Below are positions 52,119-64,000 of a stretch of 64,000 nt of DNA, one piece after another (the first letter of the stretch is position 1; every line of letters starts with the position of its first letter). Source of the DNA: Auanema rhodensis (taxonomy: Eukaryota; Animalia; Nematoda). A model generated the notes under the pieces. That model was not told where the DNA came from and ran no database searches. It saw only the letters and a program-made list of their open reading frames with translations. The stretch covers positions 13,392,001 through 13,456,000 of the forward strand of contig OZ059899.1 of assembly GCA_964057225.1 (NCBI GenBank). Direction: 5' to 3'. The position numbers and the translations under genes were made by a program.

Positions 52119-53468
52119 TATGCGTTGATGTATCTTTCACTTTTAGCACTTAAAAAATGAGTTGAAATATCATAGGGCAATCCTATTTCATATAACACAG
52201 GAGACATAATTTTAGAATACGAGCGCAAACTTTTGAAAACAAATTACTTCCCTTCTCTCATAAATTGCGTATAACACTTCAATTTTCCTAGGCTTTTTCG
52301 CCCAAATATAATTGGTAATTAACACCAGCAATAACAATAAAAAATTAAACAAAAATTTGAAATATTTATTTAATTTAATCTAAAAAAAACAATAGAAATC
52401 TGTTTTGAAGTAACTTTCAATAAATAAATTGATATATACTTTTGTATATATATAAATATATGTATCTATATATATATCACAATTTGAATAATTATAATAA
52501 GACTAAGTCACGAATTCGATTTTTTTTCCGAGTTTTGAACTCTCTTATGCAATTTTTTTGAAATATACAATTAGAAATATAGCCAGAGCCCCCAAAATTA
52601 TGGATACTGTACAAATAATGCAAATCTTCTTCTGAAATAAAAATTGTGACCAAATATAGAAACAAAGGGAAAACGTGAACGAGACACAACACGTAACGTG
52701 AGACAGAAACATTACACAGGTGATAAAAAATTATTTATTAACGCCACAATAATCCAAAACTGAAAAAAAAGAGATCTAGATTCGGAATGAGATCTATGAG
52801 GAAATGACAGTGAAACTAAAATAAATTGGTCTGCAAGATCAGGTGGGAAAGAGATCTTATAAACAGAGAGCATCTTAGAGCTCTTTGGGTTTGGGTGGTT
52901 TATATGGAGGGGGTATTCGTCATTGAAAAAAACAATGCAGAATAAATTCTTAATAAATTAAATGAACAAAGTTATTGAAACACTAACACAGCGGCAGAAT
53001 AAATTTCATCTTAGCCGCATCAATATAAATATGAAAAGTGCGCGATTTATTATTACAATAAGTTAACAAAAAGAAAGCATTATGCTGAATTGTATACTTT
53101 GCACGCTATTTTCGTACTAACGAGGTTCTCTAAGCGCAGAAATTAGTTATTATGAGAATCTAACCTCGCAGTCAAATAGCTATATCTGAAGAAGCCATTC
53201 TCATATTCGAGCATTTTACGAAATCAAAACGAGTATATTGTGCTCACATAAAGAGAAGCCTCATAAGATTCGTGAACCTTCGCTCGAAATAGAAGGCCCA
53301 GTTTTTGAATCAATCTTTTTCTCGTTTGATCGCATCACTACTAACTAAACTAGGACATATCATTACCGCAATAAATAACAGTATATTAATAAGATGGCAA
53401 ATCATACGCTGACGACTGGCGCCATAAACTGACTGAAGTTGCTAGGCGTTAAGCTATTTCGAGATCGT

Positions 53469-56400
53469 TTAGAAGGGCATTGGAACATAACTCATGATGA
53501 TGAGACAGAGAATGCCGATCAAAATTGCGACAAAGATGAGAATCATGATCTTCTTCTGAAAGAGAAAACAAGTATAACATGTGGACATGGCAAGGCGTCA
53601 CAGTACAACAAGAACACAACATTTTCATAAACTATTCATACCGCCAGATCACAAAACACATAAAGCTCTATATAGCATAGGAAACATATTAATCACAAGC
53701 ACAAAAAAACAATATTACAAAAAATGACACCAAAAACATAAATTATATGTAATATACACGTATATTAGTAGGTCTTAAGATGCAGACTTGTAACAAAGTC
53801 AACTTTGCCCATAGCACTCATGGTTTTCATTGGAAAATGTCAAGGCTGGCAGAAGAAGATGAATGAATGGCTTTCAAAGAAAGAAAATTGCATATTTTCA
53901 TCCAAAGACATTCGAGCTCACTCCCACATCACATTAGAAAGGCAAAAATTTGATGGGTCTTCACTTAGAGTGTTATCTAACCCAAGGACAAGTTTATAAA
54001 AAATATATTTTCGATCTATATATGGATATGAAGTCACCCTTGTTAACGTTGGATATATATTGCTTACATGCTCGGAATGCATTTAGTTACATGAACCATG
54101 TAACGCGAAAAGAAAACAACCAGTCATGTTGTCTACACAAGTGAAAATAAAAACTGCAAGAGTGACATCCACGTAGAATCAACTTTCCGATGCATTTCAA
54201 ACATGTAAACGAGAATTGGTCAATATACATAGTTTGTGGGAAGCATAGTGATTACGTAGAGGCAAATTGCCAAGTAAATAAGAGAAACATAAATAATCGG
54301 AAGTTGAATAACTGAAAGAGCGCAAAAAAACGTATCCTAATAAGGCTATACGAATTTAAACAAAACAGATTTATTTGCCATATCGACTACGCCCCGCTCC
54401 TTGTGCATCCGATGAGGAAGTTGATGGTGATCCATCCCGTCCACCACTAACAACGCCGTTTACGTTTCGTGTAGATGATGCAGCTATTGCTATCCAGATG
54501 ATGACTCCAGCAATGATAAGTAAAAGAATAACAATAACTGTCAATATGATGCATATTTTTTTCTGTAAAACATTCAGAGAGTAAAGGCTAGTGTCATTTT
54601 CAGTTATCGTTCGTTCATTTTTACGCGATTCCCATTATACTCAAAGTCGTTATACAAGGAGCCATTCGAGACCGGTCTTAAGAACCCATACAAGTCCCCT
54701 ATATGAGAGTATGAAAAAATCCCCGAGCATGAAAGATGCCTATGAGCCTGCTGTTTTCTGCTGTGCCCCCTTTCTTGCTCTTCCTTCTATTTCTCCTTTT
54801 TTTCGCTCAGAAGAGCAGCATGCCAACTATGTGTATGCGCGTCTGGCTCATTTGAAGACACAGTAATATTGGTGGACTAGTTCGATAAGCAAGCGAGCTC
54901 GCCTTAGCCTATTGGCATCAGCATGGAAAGTGAGAGAGGAGAAAGCAGACGCAAAATCAATAGCGAGAGGAGGGCTGGTTACAAATTCACGGATTAGGCA
55001 TCTGATATCGTTCCCTTTGCGGCAGCAAAGACAGCTGAGCCTTATAAAACATATGGCATAGACAACAAATCTCCACTCCGTCTTATCGCCCGACACTTCG
55101 TAAAAAAAAGGAATACGCATAATTTTTCGCAGTACGCGGAAGTAATTACAAAATTGAAACGCAATGACAACATTCAGAAGACAGCACGAGCTTATATTTC
55201 ACACTTAAAAGACATAAGCAAACTGAACACATTCGCATGTACAGGACATACACATATACACAAGCACATACTTCATCACTTTCTATGCTTATTGTGATTA
55301 AGCGACATGCATTATACAAATCCGTTAACCACAGCAGCAAGCTGAGCGTTAGAAATAATAGAAAAAACATACCCTACGAGCTTTGCTTTGATATTGCACA
55401 GCTTTCTTTGTATCGGCGACTGCTCTATCGACAAACTCTTTCGCATGTTCCACATTATATTCAATTCTATCAACCATTTCTCCCTGAATATTGAATCAGA
55501 TGAATAATATGGGACATATCTCTTGTCAAAATTACAAAAACACTATAATTTCCAAAAAATTTTCTATATAACATTCTCATAAAAAAATTGATCTCGAAAA
55601 AAGCTCAAGAATATTTAAGAACTATTACTTAATAATTTAAAAGGCTGAAGTCAACTTGAATCAATAGTTCTCATAGCACTAAAGGTGAAAAACAAAGCGC
55701 CTGGTTAACTCACTTGACTCTCTACAAGCATGGCCATATCCATGAACATATCGTGAAGTTCTCTTATACTGCTTTCTAACTTCATAATATCATTGTGTCT
55801 TGCTTCGATATCCGCCAAAGTTTGTTTGGCCTTAATTAACATCATTTGGAAATGTGTGAAAGTTTCAATTGAATAATACCTGCTGTGTATCTGTTATAAT
55901 ACCTTGCGTGAAAACTCCAGGGTTTCCACTTTCAATCATCTCTTCTAAGTCTTCATCGCCAACTTGCTTTCCAGCTGAAAAAAAGATTAATGAATGACAT
56001 TCAAACTATACTTATTCTCACCAATATCAAGCTGTCGTTGAATTCGCCCCTTACAGCGTTCTCGATAATCAGTTTGAGTCTTATTATAATCAGTCATAAC
56101 CTCCACAAACCGCCTAATTATATATTTAACTTATAAAAAGATTAAATGTTAAGCCTAATTACCTGGAGAGAGTACTGTGTTGTGTTTTTCTTATTCTTAA
56201 GTCGGCATTCATTTGACCTCCCGATTCATCATGCTCTATGGCATTTTCAATAAGCTTCAGTTTTCCACGAACCTACAACAAAGAAAAAAACTAAGAGCAC
56301 AGAATTCAATTATTCATACCTTATTAGCTGTTCGCTTAATGCTGGCCATAAGCTCATCGAGCTCTTCCTTAGTTTCTGAAGAAAAAATATCACAAATAAA

Positions 56401-57017
56401 TAAATGTATAATATCATACTGGGATCATTAACTGGATTGGAAAGAATAGCAGAATGTTTCTTTTTAACTTCTTCGACATTGCTCGCAATTAAATCAACAC
56501 TCCCTCGGATTTCTTCGACCTTAAAAATTAATTTACAGCTCAATCTTTTTTGTTCTCTCAAATTATAGGGATATCCAACAATTTCCTTGAGAGCTAGCCT
56601 CATTCTACCTATTGCAAATGCATTGAGAAACTAAATCGGCTATAAGTCCTAAATTCTTTTTAGGCTGGCAGGCTGCCAAAGCTACTCCAAATCATGGAAA
56701 CGGCCTCAAAATCGATACGATGCTGGCAGGCAAATGTGGTCTAGCAACCCCGGAAACCTTATTCAGAAAGAAAACTGGGAGAAACAGGGAATTTCAAAAC
56801 TCATGTAAACAAGAACAAATTTCGATTAAATGAATATATGAAGATATAGTAATAGCAGAATAAAATATAGTAGTAATAAGAACAATAAAAAACTAATAAT
56901 AACCTGTTCGAAAAATTCTTCCATATACTGGGCATTCCCAGTGTCCATTTGCATATCATCATCTTGCTCATCTTCCGACTGGGCAGCTTTTAGGGCACTA
57001 AGACGATCTTTCGTCAT
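53469..57017 (-). CDS. unc-64: Syntaxin-1, isoform using the distal membrane-anchor exon 53469-53555
   Basis: [13 protein letters not shown]...MEEFFEQ|VEEIRG...[14 protein letters not shown]|RRFVEVM...[32 protein letters not shown]|[14 protein letters not shown]...YQSKARR|[28 protein letters not shown]. Confidence 0.96.
54371..54562 (-). CDS. unc-64: Alternative terminal exon of syntaxin-1 (TM plus 35-aa tail)
   Basis: TTTTACAG acceptor, then in-phase [63 protein letters not shown]. Confidence 0.85.
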   Translation of the reverse strand, partial: KKICIILTVIVILLLIIAGVIIWIAIAASSTRNVNGVVSGGRDGSPSTSSSDAQGAGRSRYGK

Positions 57018-58508
57018 TCTATAACGCCACAAATATAAAGTATAATACGAAAAAAAAGTTTTGAATAATACAAAAACAGAATAAACTAGTCTCTTACTTG
57101 TCACTTTGTCACAAAGATCTATTCACACTTGAATTTGGTGCTATAGATGTTCTACTGCTTTCCTAAAAGCAGTTCTACCATTATGGAAACCTAAAATGAG
57201 CAACTTTAAGCTTGCGCAAGCATTAGTGCAAACAAAACGCAAATATCGATCTTCGGCGAAGCTCAAGGTTAAAAAGGCTATATCCCGCAAAACAAAGTTG
57301 AAAAAGTAATATTTAACATATTTAAGATGTAAAGTCAATATATGAAAATGTAAAGAAGATATGGGGTGTTCATGAGGAATTGCGGACATAGTTGGGTAGT
57401 AGCCACAATGGCCAAACCCCGCCTTTTAGCCACGCCCATCAGGGACCAAGCCACTCCCTCCGGCAATAAGCAGAACGCAGAGCGAAACAGCAGCATGAGA
57501 AAACCAACCAACAAAGGGAGGATAAAAATCGAACCCAAGGGGTAATCAAAAAACTACATCCGCCGTCTAACAAAAACTGCATAGTTTGGCAACGAAGAAG
57601 AAATCTATACAAAAAAGAAGCCTTTCAATAGGAAAAAATAAATAGAATTGAATTTCATGAGAAAAGAGGTGTCCAGAGCATGAGTTTCCTAAACAGTTCG
57701 CCGGAAATTTTTCAAAAGTTCGAGAGAATAATTGAAAACTAAGTTTATGAAAAAAAGAACATATTCAGGGATCATTCCAAAAAGCACAATTGAGAATTGC
57801 TTGTGAAAAGAATAAAAATTCTTTCATGTTTATACAGCTTGAAACCATATATAAAAATCAATAAATTTATACAGAATGTAGAAAATTGGGCAACAAACAT
57901 GATGCACAAATGATTTTGAAAATGATTCATTAATATTCGCACAAAAATTTGATAACAAATCGGATACGTTTCAAAATTTTTAAATGGAACAATTCACAAA
58001 ATTAGATCAAACTAGTAATGAAAGCGGAGTAAGTATTACTTTCAATGTATGTCCTATATTTAAAACAAGTGACAAAAAAGATGCCATAACAAAAAAGTTT
58101 ATAACAGAAAAAAAAATTAGTGATAGTTGAGTTGACAATTCTAAAACTTTCTCTAAAAATAGCAGAAAACATTGAATGGTTAACTAAACAAGATAAAAAA
58201 ATTCCAACAATCAAAGAGAATGCTTAGTAAATTTTACCACACGTGAAATAACAAGACGTATAAATGAAAAAATTATCAATTTCATAATAGTAAATAATAA
58301 TAATAAACAACAAAATAATATTTCACGATTTCCATATATGTCAGAATAATGTAAACATAACTATAACGAAAAACGTTGCAAGACCAATAAATATATATTA
58401 TCCGCCCTTTAAACTTTGAATTTTCTGACAGCAACTGAACTTCATTTCTTCGCACTTTTTTTTTGTTGCCGGTGAATTTTTTGAAACTTAAGAAATTGCA
58501 GGTTTCAA

Positions 58509-59234
58509 ATGACCGACCAAGCTACTTTGTTACTTAAAAAACAATTAGCTGGTAAGAATATTGTAATAGAACAATTTTTTATTTACATTACTTTTATAGA
58601 ACTAAGAAGACTCCCTGTTGAGGGATTTTCTGCTGGCCTGGTTGATGATGATAATATTTTCAAATGGGAAGTTTTAGTTATTGGACCTCCTGACACTCTT
58701 TAGTTTGTTAAATTTTTAATACTAATTTAATTTGTGTTTGTTTTACAGCGAGGGCGGATTCTTCAAAGCTACTCTAGATTTTCCTAGGGATTATCCACAA
58801 AAACCTCCAAAGATGAAATTTGTTTCAGAGATTTGGCATCCAAATAGTGAGATTGTTTAATATAAGTTTTTATAATATTTATTTTTTCTTTAGTTGATAA
58901 GGAAGGTAATGTTTGTATCTCGATTCTTCATGATCCCGGAGATGATAAGTATGTTTAAAATGTCTTGATGTGATACATTTTTTGTAATAGGTGGGGCTAT
59001 GAAAGACCAGAAGAGCGCTGGCTCCCAGTTCACACCGTTGAAACTATTCTTCTCTCCGTAATTTCAATGCTTGCTGATCCAAACTTCGAGTCTCCAGCAA
59101 ATGTTGATGCCGCTGTACGTTTATTACTTCATTTCTGAGATATAATTTGATTTTTTTAGAAAATGCAAAGGGAAAACTTCCCTGATTTCAAGAAACGGGT
59201 TGCCGCATGTGTGCGCAAAAGCCAAGAAGAATAA
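58509..59234 (+). CDS. ubc-7: Ubiquitin-conjugating enzyme E2 G1
   Basis: [62 protein letters not shown] (active Cys and the Ubc7 acidic loop), ESPANVDAA. Confidence 0.96.
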
Positions 59235-59561
59235 TTCTCAAGTATTTGTATTCTGTATCTTGGAGATATCCCGGTGAACTGTGAAATGTTACATGTTTTG
59301 TTTTTTTCTATCCATCCCTCAAAATTCATCCAATTTTTTTTGTCTGTTGTCAATACGTAGCCATTGGTTATTCCTTTTGTAATGACACATTTTTTGGCTC
59401 ATTTGAAATGATGGTTGTCATTGACTACTTGATCGGTGTATCTAACACCTCGTACCTGTAACAATAAATTTTGTAAAGTAATTTAAACAGAAACGTCCAC
59501 GAGTTCAAGTCTCTTATACTTGGTTAAATGAATGGGCATAAATGTTTACATTTGAATGCTA

Positions 59562-60007
59562 CAGTTTTGGGTAAAAGAAAGGTACAATTGGAGAAGGCAT
59601 TTTTTGGTTTGTATGCACTAAGTAAACTACAAAGTCGAGCTAAATGATTTAAGAAGCAGTTTGTTCATTTCTTAAAATAAAATACTTTAGTAGATCAGCA
59701 TTTGATTTACTCATGAGGTTCTAAACGTTATAACACACATAGTTAATTCTTGAAACTACTAGTTATATTAAGTATGATTTGCTCTTGACCAAAAATTCTA
59801 TTTTTTGACTATTATGCTCTCCTGTAGATGTAACTCAATTTCCAAACTCAAATTTGAATACATTATTAAATCTACTCTGGTAAGCCTATACACTAAATTC
59901 ATACCTCAATCATTTCACCGAAGTGTATATCAAATATTAATTGTAATGGATTCATCAGAATATGTATCTCAAAAAGTTAAGTATCCGTCTTCTTTTACAC
60001 ATGACTG
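59562..60007. mobile_element. Older Tc1-type MITE related to the 34874-35718 element
   Basis: Right end TTCTTTTACACATGACTG+TA is identical to the Tc1 TIR over 18 bp. Degenerate left end TA+CAGTTTTGGGTAAAAGAAA. No coding interior seen. Confidence 0.6.
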
Positions 60008-60995
60008 TATATCATTCAAATAAACAGAAATGTGATAACTCGATTGTTTATGTAAATATGTATAAAAGGTAGATGCAGATGGATTTGAATTTTCATCTGT
60101 ATCTACCTAACCGAATGAGTCTATCATTAGGACGCTATCGGAATATTTGAAACCGAGCTGCCTGATGTTGGACTCCTTCTGTTATGGTTCTGTGTTTGCA
60201 GGTTCTAAATGTCGTTACTTCTTCAATAAGAGCAGGTGTTTGAGGAATTGGTTTTATTAAATGATGCCGTAGGCGGTGTTGTTTTCTTTTATAACATTTC
60301 CTATTTTGTCACACTGCTTTCCATGTATTAGTAGTGACAACTTATACATATATTCAAATTGTTAGCTTTTATATTATATTAGGTTAAAGATATCTGAAGT
60401 TAAAGTAATATGCAATCATTCATGTGTTTTTCTTTTATTTTACCCAATCTAAGTTTATTTATCTCTATGTCCAATATATCCCAAATAATTCAGAAGGAGA
60501 ATCATTACAGGTCAGCTGCATCTTAGATGCTAGTGGAAGTCAATGTTACAAGATAACTAATGGAGGAAAGGTTGCAACTTGTTGAAAAAGTTGTAATCTG
60601 CTACGCTTAATTGGGTCAAATAAAAATTTTCTCTTTGAGGGATTGGAGGAAGTTTGAATTTTTGTCGTGAAAAATAATCCAGATACAGTGGTTCACCTTA
60701 ATTGTTATTTCTCTAATTCCTTTTAAATGTAATTGTTTCTGTACATTCTTTATATATTGAACACTGAATAAATCATATATTATTTTTGTTCATACTTTCA
60801 TTTATCATTAAATCTCACTGCTTACACAATAAAACATTATCAAAATGATTTAATTGGAAGAAGAATTAAGGTATAGACGTTGAAAATAGTTAATTTTACG
60901 TACTGAAACGCCCTTTTCGGTCCGACGCCATAGTGTGGGATCTTCCTCTTTTGTATTTAGGGATTTTCCGGTATTTCTCACGTTTTAACATAAGT

Positions 60996-61465
60996 ATGGC
61001 AGAGTTAGCCAAAAAAGTTGAAATCGTTAGTTTCTTATCGTTTATTTAAAATTTCTGTGGATTTAATTTAGATGAATCCTGCAGGATTAGAAACTGATCC
61101 TTCGAACTTGACCCTAATTTTGTATGAAGAAGATCACACAATCGGAAACTCTTTAAAGCATGTTTTGTGCGGGATGTATGTTTATATTATTCATAGTATA
61201 TCTGATTTTATTTTTGTATTATTAGGCCAGAAGTTGAATTCTGCGGTTACAATGTTCCCCATCCGTTAGAAGACAAAATTCTTTTAAGACTTCAAACAAA
61301 AAAAGGTATTGAAGCTGCACCAGTACTATTAAATGCTTTTGATCATCTAGAGACGGTAAGATATTATTTTCTGTTTTCTTATTCGTTGTTTTTTTTTAGA
61401 TTTTTGCTGAAATCCGAGGCAAATTCGAAAAAAAACATGAGATGAGTAGTTCTAAGAGAAAATAA
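60996..61465 (+). CDS. rpac-19: RNA polymerase I/III subunit AC19 (POLR1D)
   Basis: EEDHTIGNSLKHVL...PEVEFCGYNVPHPLEDKILLRLQT, the RPB11/AC19 signature with AC19-type VEFCGY; four exons. Confidence 0.93.
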
Positions 61466-61643
61466 ATTTAATTAAAGCTGTACCTACGTTGTTGATTGTT
61501 ATGTTTGTTGTTATATATTTCTTGTTGACTCACTCAATAAACTGTTTTTTTCCAGTAACTAAAAATTCTTAGATGTTTACATATCTTTATGATACTTTAA
61601 AATAATAATGAATGGCATTGAACAAGTTCATCCCTCTTCCAGG
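61466..61643 (+). promoter_or_regulatory. Operon-type intercistronic spacer (poly(A) signal and trans-splice acceptor)
   Basis: AATAAA at about 61537 and acceptor CTTCCAG ending at 61642, 1 nt before the tubulin ATG. About 100-nt spacing is typical of SL2 operons. Confidence 0.65.
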
Positions 61644-63560
61644 ATGCCCTGTCAAATGCTTAGTATCCATGTGGGCCAATGTGGTAACCAACTTGGCCAA
61701 AGTTTTTGGAAGAAAATGTGTGAGGAACACGGAATTAATAGGTATAGTATTCATAGAACACAAAAAAAGTTATGTTGTTCTTTTAGTTACGGTCGAAAAA
61801 CGTGTGAAGATTTAACAGACGACAAAGAAGTTTTCTTCTATCAAGTAACTATTTCTGTTCAAAGCAGTGATATTTTATTTCCACAATAGGCTGATGATAG
61901 TCACTATATTCCAAGAGCAGTCTTGATAGATTTGGAACCACGTGTTATCAATGGAATCACACAGAATCCTGACTTTCATCATCTTTTCAACACTGATAAT
62001 ATTTTCATGTCTCATCATGGCGGTGGTGCCGGTAATAACTGGGCCAGTGGATATATCCAGGGAAAGTTGGTTTTGTATGAAAGTTCTTAATATTTTGCAA
62101 ACTTTGAAGTGAAGTTAATGAAAAAATCATGGACATAATTGAACGAGAAGTTGAAAACAGTGATAGGATGGATGGATTCTTGTTTACTCACTCTGTTTCT
62201 GGAGGAACAGGATCAGGTTTAGGCTCACATGTACTCGAAGATGTCCGTGATAGGTAAATATATTTTGTATATTTAATTTCTTGATGTAACGACATTGTAG
62301 GTTCCCCAAAAAAGTTATCCAGACGTACTCCGTTTTTGCTAGTCAACAGCAAGATGAATCATCTGGAGATGTTGTTGTAGCACCTTATAACTGTGTATTA
62401 TCAATGGAAAGGTTAATCGAACATGCTGGCAAGTTTTTCTTCACCTCAACTTTATAACTATCATCAGTTCAGACGAAGTCATTGTTTTGGATAATGCTGC
62501 TTTGAACAGATTAGCTGCTGGAAAATTCCAAACGCAAAAACCTACTTTTGATCACATCAATTCACTTGTAAGTTAGCGCTTTACCTATTTAAATATTTGG
62601 CTTTTTAGGTAACAAGAATCATGTCCACTTCTACTGCTCCCTTCAGATTCCAATCTCCTATCTTGTCTGATATACACTCCCTTCATATCAATCCTTTCCC
62701 ACCTCTCAAATTCATTCAAGCAGGTCACATTTTTTAAACATTTAATAATAACTTTATAAATATAATCAATTCTTGTAAACAATGATTACATAGAATTCTT
62801 ATTCACATACTTATATAGGCTTCTCACCTGTTGTTGATCCTGATCAAAAATTCACAAGAAAGACTTCTGTGAATGATATTATTAGATATTTGTTGAAGCC
62901 AACTTCTATGATGGTAACTAATTAAGGCAAAGTTTGTTCTTCATCACAGATTCTTTTCAGGTTTCTACTGCACATCATTCCAAATCTTCGCATTGTATGC
63001 TGGCAGGTTTGATGTTGTTGCAAGGAAATATTGAAGGAGAAGCTCTTCACTCGACCTTTTATACCGAAAGGGTTTGGATCTTCGTATTACTTTCATATCG
63101 TATATCCTATTATTTCAGTCAGTTGTACATAATATTAATCGCGCTCCTTGGGATGACATGAATCCTCTGAAAATCATGTACTCACCTTCCTCTCCTTATG
63201 TAAAATCTCAATTTAAAGTAAGTCAATACTCTGATTTCCTGTTTGCCATATTATTTTCGAACAAAAATTGTAATTGAAGCCTCGTTTCATCTTTTAGGTC
63301 TCTGGATTACTCCTTAACAATAGTACTAGTATTGCACCAATGTTTAGCAAAATCTTAGCTCAATTCAAGAAATTGAGAAGTAAGAATGCTTTCATCGATA
63401 GATTCACCAGAGAAGTATGAAGAATATTAATAGTCTAAATGAACATTTAATCTGTTTGCAGGAAGGTTTTACTGCTGATATGATGGACCATTCAGCTGAA
63501 CAAGTATCTGAGCTTATCGAAATGTACCATGACATTGAACAAGAAAATTTCTTCTCTTAA
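61644..63560 (+). CDS. tbg-1: Gamma-tubulin
   Basis: [18 protein letters not shown]|[71 protein letters not shown]. Stop at 63558-63560. Confidence 0.94.
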
Positions 63561-64000
63561 CTTTATGAACGCATCAATAACTAATATTAGTATGCATATT
63601 ATTTGAAGTAGCTCACGGTTTTATGGTGTCTTAAAACGAGTTTCACTTGTCAGATCTCTGATGTTTTAAAAAATAAACATATCAATTTGATATTTGTAAA
63701 GAAACCATATTTTTTATTTTTTTTTTATATTGTTCTTATCTTGCTTCTCATTTTGTTATTGCCATTCAGACTAGCATTCAAACTATCAATACTTTCAACA
63801 TTCTGAAGATATTTAATTTTCGTTAGTCATTACACCAACTCTCTTTGTCTTATCACACTATTATGCTTATTGGGAAAAATTGAACATATTCAACGGCAAC
63901 TTAATATGGCGCATGTGAGCGGAGGTTGGATGGAAAGAAAGAGATAGTGTGACATGTGATTAATTCTTATGTTTCAACCATCCAACACTTCTCCTAGCAC

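Noticed and set aside
1-64000. CRISPR arrays, rRNA, intact tRNA, SL or snRNA genes, conserved miRNAs, prokaryotic systems
   Set aside because: None recognised by eye; the sequence is intron-rich nematode DNA. A covariance-model scan is needed to exclude small RNAs.

Overview
AT-rich eukaryotic DNA with very short GT-AG introns (about 40-50 nt, TTTCAG-type acceptors) and splice acceptors right before start codons. This is a compact rhabditid nematode genome, so the ORF track shows only exon fragments. Genes rebuilt by hand, left to right: RanGAP (-, LRR domain amplified in frame as a near-perfect 1709-bp tandem array that runs off the left edge); SPOP (-, with about 6.5 kb of apparently spliced non-coding leader); FGAM synthase PFAS (-, whose 8.4-kb intron holds a complete same-strand LRR transmembrane gene); a PH-like/proline-rich gene (-); an LRRC59-like gene (-); a Merlin-like MITE and an internally deleted Tc1 element; a CCDC134-like gene (-); citrate carrier SLC25A1 (+); an SLC36 transporter (+); an orphan type I membrane protein (+); PGM2 (-); a divergent SEH1 (-); syntaxin-1/unc-64 (-, two alternative membrane-anchor exons); and ubc-7, rpac-19 and gamma-tubulin (+). 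The most unusual features are the poly-RanGAP array, the same-strand nested gene, transposons stacked in operon-sized spacers, and several unexplained structured non-coding blocks. Exon boundaries were read by eye and may be off by a few bases.
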